A stretch of 64,000 nt of DNA from a virus. The stretch lies in the IMG/VR virus record IMGVR_UViG_3300035661_000037, positions 1-64,000 of that record. One strand, written 5' to 3'. Shown one piece after another: positions 61,408 to 64,000 of this stretch. The number at the start of each line of letters is the position of its first letter. Within the stretch, counting starts at the first letter, position 1. Under the pieces are notes generated by a model that saw only the letters and a list, made by a program, of their open reading frames with translations, searched no databases and had not been told where the DNA came from. Both the position numbers and the translations under genes were made by a program.

Positions 61408-63983
61408 TGATATGCCCGATCAATAGTTTGTGAAATTGGGAGAGACGAGTCAACCGTAGTTAGCGACAAGTCATAAATAACATACGGTACATATCCCGCC
61501 TTGATTATCTTCACATCGACTATTTGCGCTCCAGAATAAACATACCCCCAACTCGTAGGTGTTGTTTGATCTATGCTACCAACTACTGTGTTTGTATCGC
61601 TTGTCGTTATAGTTACATCAGAACCTGCAATCAACCCAGTAAAAGTAAGAGTATTTGTATCTAATGGGTACTGATAAGCCTGCGTTGTGGCAGTGCTAGT
61701 CGTAAGCACATAGACGCTGGTGATTGCCGTTGTATTGGTCGTGCTGGTTGTAATCTTGATCTTTAGCTTGAATCCGTTTACGGCTGAGATAGCGGCAATA
61801 CCGCTCAAGGCTGTGCCGAGTGTAGTAGCGGTGTACGCACTACTTGTCAACGTTGAAAATCCATTGCCATCATTCTTGTCAATGGCATATTCGTAGGTGT
61901 AGTTGGTTGCTGTACCCCCTGCCATAACTAGTGCCGAGTTTGTAAATCCTGTATGCCCTATAATATACTCAGGCATCTCGAACGTAGCAGAATAACCAAT
62001 AACCGGCATGTATAGCCCGCCAGCAGAGGTGAATGCTGCACCATTAGCGAGTGTTACCTGTGCTGTCGTGAGCGACGTTGGCTCATTCATCTGAATGGCA
62101 ATACGACCTGCCGTTGTACTAGTATGTGCGTCATAGAAGTGTGTCCCATAGACAGACACTTGTCCCGTCAGCGCACCAGTTCCGCCCATACCCTTGCGTT
62201 TCATATTCAGGATTGCCATCACGTCTACGGCGTCAGCGTAGTCCCCCCACACATTTTCTTCCGTGACTTCATGGCTTGAGTTATCTCCAGACATTATACC
62301 AGTACGGGTAGAAGACACATAAACCCGCTGAATCTTGATGCTGGAACAGTTGGATGCAACCGCGTAGACGATACCGCAAATATTCGCGCTACCCATCGTC
62401 AGTGGTGTAGCGTAGGTACCGATGTTGCGCAGTTTAATCCTAGAGCATCCAGTTGCCGCTGACATAATACCAGCGTAGGCATGTGTGTTTGCCACCGGCC
62501 ATGTAAGTCCTGAGAATGTGCAGTCAATACTCGTTAGCGATAGGTTCCATACATAGGTCGCGTAGGTTGTAACCGTAGTACCAGACGGCGCACTACAATA
62601 AATGGTATCCGTAACCGAAATCGTGTCACAGGTTATAAAGTTCATCATGCCTAGAATGTTTGTAGGCGTTGTCCAAGTGCAATTCTTCGCCCGTGTGATA
62701 CTGTGCGAAAAAGCACTCACACTGCCTATAATTACCATCGACTGTGTTTTTTCGCGGATAAAGGTAAATCCAGCAATATCCGTGATGGTGACAACCTGAC
62801 CCGACGCTGCCCCAGATACCTTCTGCCAAACACAATCGGTAAATGTGCCGCCAGAGTAACAATATTGAAGAGTGAGGGCGGCGGTGGCCAGCGCAGTAGT
62901 CGGCTTGTTACCTACCCCAGCTTTAGTGATAGTCATAGCAGATGCAGTCTCAGACAGAAGTATCGCATCCGAGAACCCACTGTTACTTATATTAACTGAG
63001 TATGCTTGTGAGCAGGATAAGTACCACCCCATTGAACACTTATCGATATTTACAACCCCACCGCCGGTTGTGGTGAAGTCATATCTGGTGGCTAGGGTTG
63101 CGTTCGGTATGACGTTGGCGGTTAGGGTTGTAACCACATTGTTGAAGAACACATTACCAATTACCACACGCAACCCAGTGACAGGTGTGTATCCGTTAGT
63201 GGCTGCTCCTGAGTTTCCGATACGCACAAGACCCGTAGTGTCTATCCATACCACCTTGCCTCGCGTTGCCTCCACACCGGTTGTGGTATTCACACCGTTG
63301 TTTGGGTAAAACTCAAACACCCCCGAACTGGCAGAGGTTTCAATGAATACGCCAGGGTGCCAACAAGTTAATCCGTTATTAGGAATCTGCATGGTCTGGT
63401 TAGATACACCATTGGTAGTTCCAACCTCGTACCATTCGCCCGTGATATTAACCGAACCAAGGCGGTTTGCGTTAATCGTGGCAGCTTCAAGCCCATTAAC
63501 TTCAATGAAGCCTACAACGGATGCCCCTGTTATAGTGAACGTAAATCCAGCTTGTGTGTAACTACCTGATGTAGGGAAAGCGACGCTGTTCCAGTTTGTT
63601 ACTTTTATCCACCCACTTGCGGCCGTAGTGACAGGTGCCGTTGTCAGAGAAGAATAGATACCGATAACGTTAGCCGTTGCAGAGCCTACTGTGATAGATG
63701 TTCCAAGTGTAATAGTACCAGACCCCGTATTAAATGGGATCATGCGCACATAGCGCCCGTCGAAGTTAAGTTGCCCACCTTTCGTTGTGTTGATAGTGAG
63801 CGTTGACCATATCGCACTGGTGTTCCCACTTAATCCATAGCGACTGTCTTGGTCCTGTGTAAAGTTGAAACCGTTGGTATCGATGGTATCACCAGTAGTC
63901 CCACGAGCCGTCGCCACACCCCAGATAGCGGCGTTACCGATATCCCGAAGTGTTCCAGAACCTGCTAAAGTATAGGCTGTCAT
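61404..63983 (-). CDS. large beta-rich virion protein (beta-helix/tailspike-like)
   Basis: 859 aa, T/S/G-rich; C-terminus resembles that of the neighbour (ISQTIDRAY vs AVSETDRAF). Confidence 0.75.
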   Translation of the reverse strand: MTAYTLAGSGTLRDIGNAAIWGVATARGTTGDTIDTNGFNFTQDQDSRYGLSGNTSAIWSTLTINTTKGGQLNFDGRYVRMIPFNTGSGTITLGTSITVGSATANVIGIYSSLTTAPVTTAASGWIKVTNWNSVAFPTSGSYTQAGFTFTITGASVVGFIEVNGLEAATINANRLGSVNITGEWYEVGTTNGVSNQTMQIPNNGLTCWHPGVFIETSASSGVFEFYPNNGVNTTTGVEATRGKVVWIDTTGLVRIGNSGAATNGYTPVTGLRVVIGNVFFNNVVTTLTANVIPNATLATRYDFTTTGGGVVNIDKCSMGWYLSCSQAYSVNISNSGFSDAILLSETASAMTITKAGVGNKPTTALATAALTLQYCYSGGTFTDCVWQKVSGAASGQVVTITDIAGFTFIREKTQSMVIIGSVSAFSHSITRAKNCTWTTPTNILGMMNFITCDTISVTDTIYCSAPSGTTVTTYATYVWNLSLTSIDCTFSGLTWPVANTHAYAGIMSAATGCSRIKLRNIGTYATPLTMGSANICGIVYAVASNCSSIKIQRVYVSSTRTGIMSGDNSSHEVTEENVWGDYADAVDVMAILNMKRKGMGGTGALTGQVSVYGTHFYDAHTSTTAGRIAIQMNEPTSLTTAQVTLANGAAFTSAGGLYMPVIGYSATFEMPEYIIGHTGFTNSALVMAGGTATNYTYEYAIDKNDGNGFSTLTSSAYTATTLGTALSGIAAISAVNGFKLKIKITTSTTNTTAITSVYVLTTSTATTQAYQYPLDTNTLTFTGLIAGSDVTITTSDTNTVVGSIDQTTPTSWGYVYSGAQIVDVKIIKAGYVPYVIYDLSLTTVDSSLPISQTIDRAYQ

Positions 63984-64000
63984 TTATCAATCACGAATAA

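Overview
A 64-kb segment of a lytic-looking tailed dsDNA phage (siphovirus-type tail) infecting a diderm, probably proteobacterial, host. From left to right: (i) leftward small early genes with repeated sigma70 promoter modules, plus a complete sigma54/IHF/enhancer promoter (1-2.1 kb); (ii) a ~2.6-kb mostly non-coding, repeat-rich control region ending in a phased iteron-like array before an unknown 476-aa gene; (iii) rightward accessory genes, several separated by decayed integron attC-like sites (7.9-10.4 kb), two structured ncRNA candidates, a tRNA(CAU) and a GIY-YIG nuclease; (iv) DNA metabolism: two C5 methyltransferases (one with a nested alternative-frame ORF), family A DNA polymerase, PD-(D/E)XK nuclease, SNF2 and DinG helicases, ATP-dependent ligase, SSB-like protein, primase-helicase, and a frameshifted amino-MTase flanked by a 33-bp duplication; (v) two tRNA-like elements, one with a UCA anticodon; (vi) leftward lysis, tail, head-tail and large virion-protein genes (36.9-64 kb). 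No integrase, reverse transcriptase, CRISPR array, large terminase, portal or major capsid gene was recognised. All family calls come from motif recognition by eye, not from database searches.
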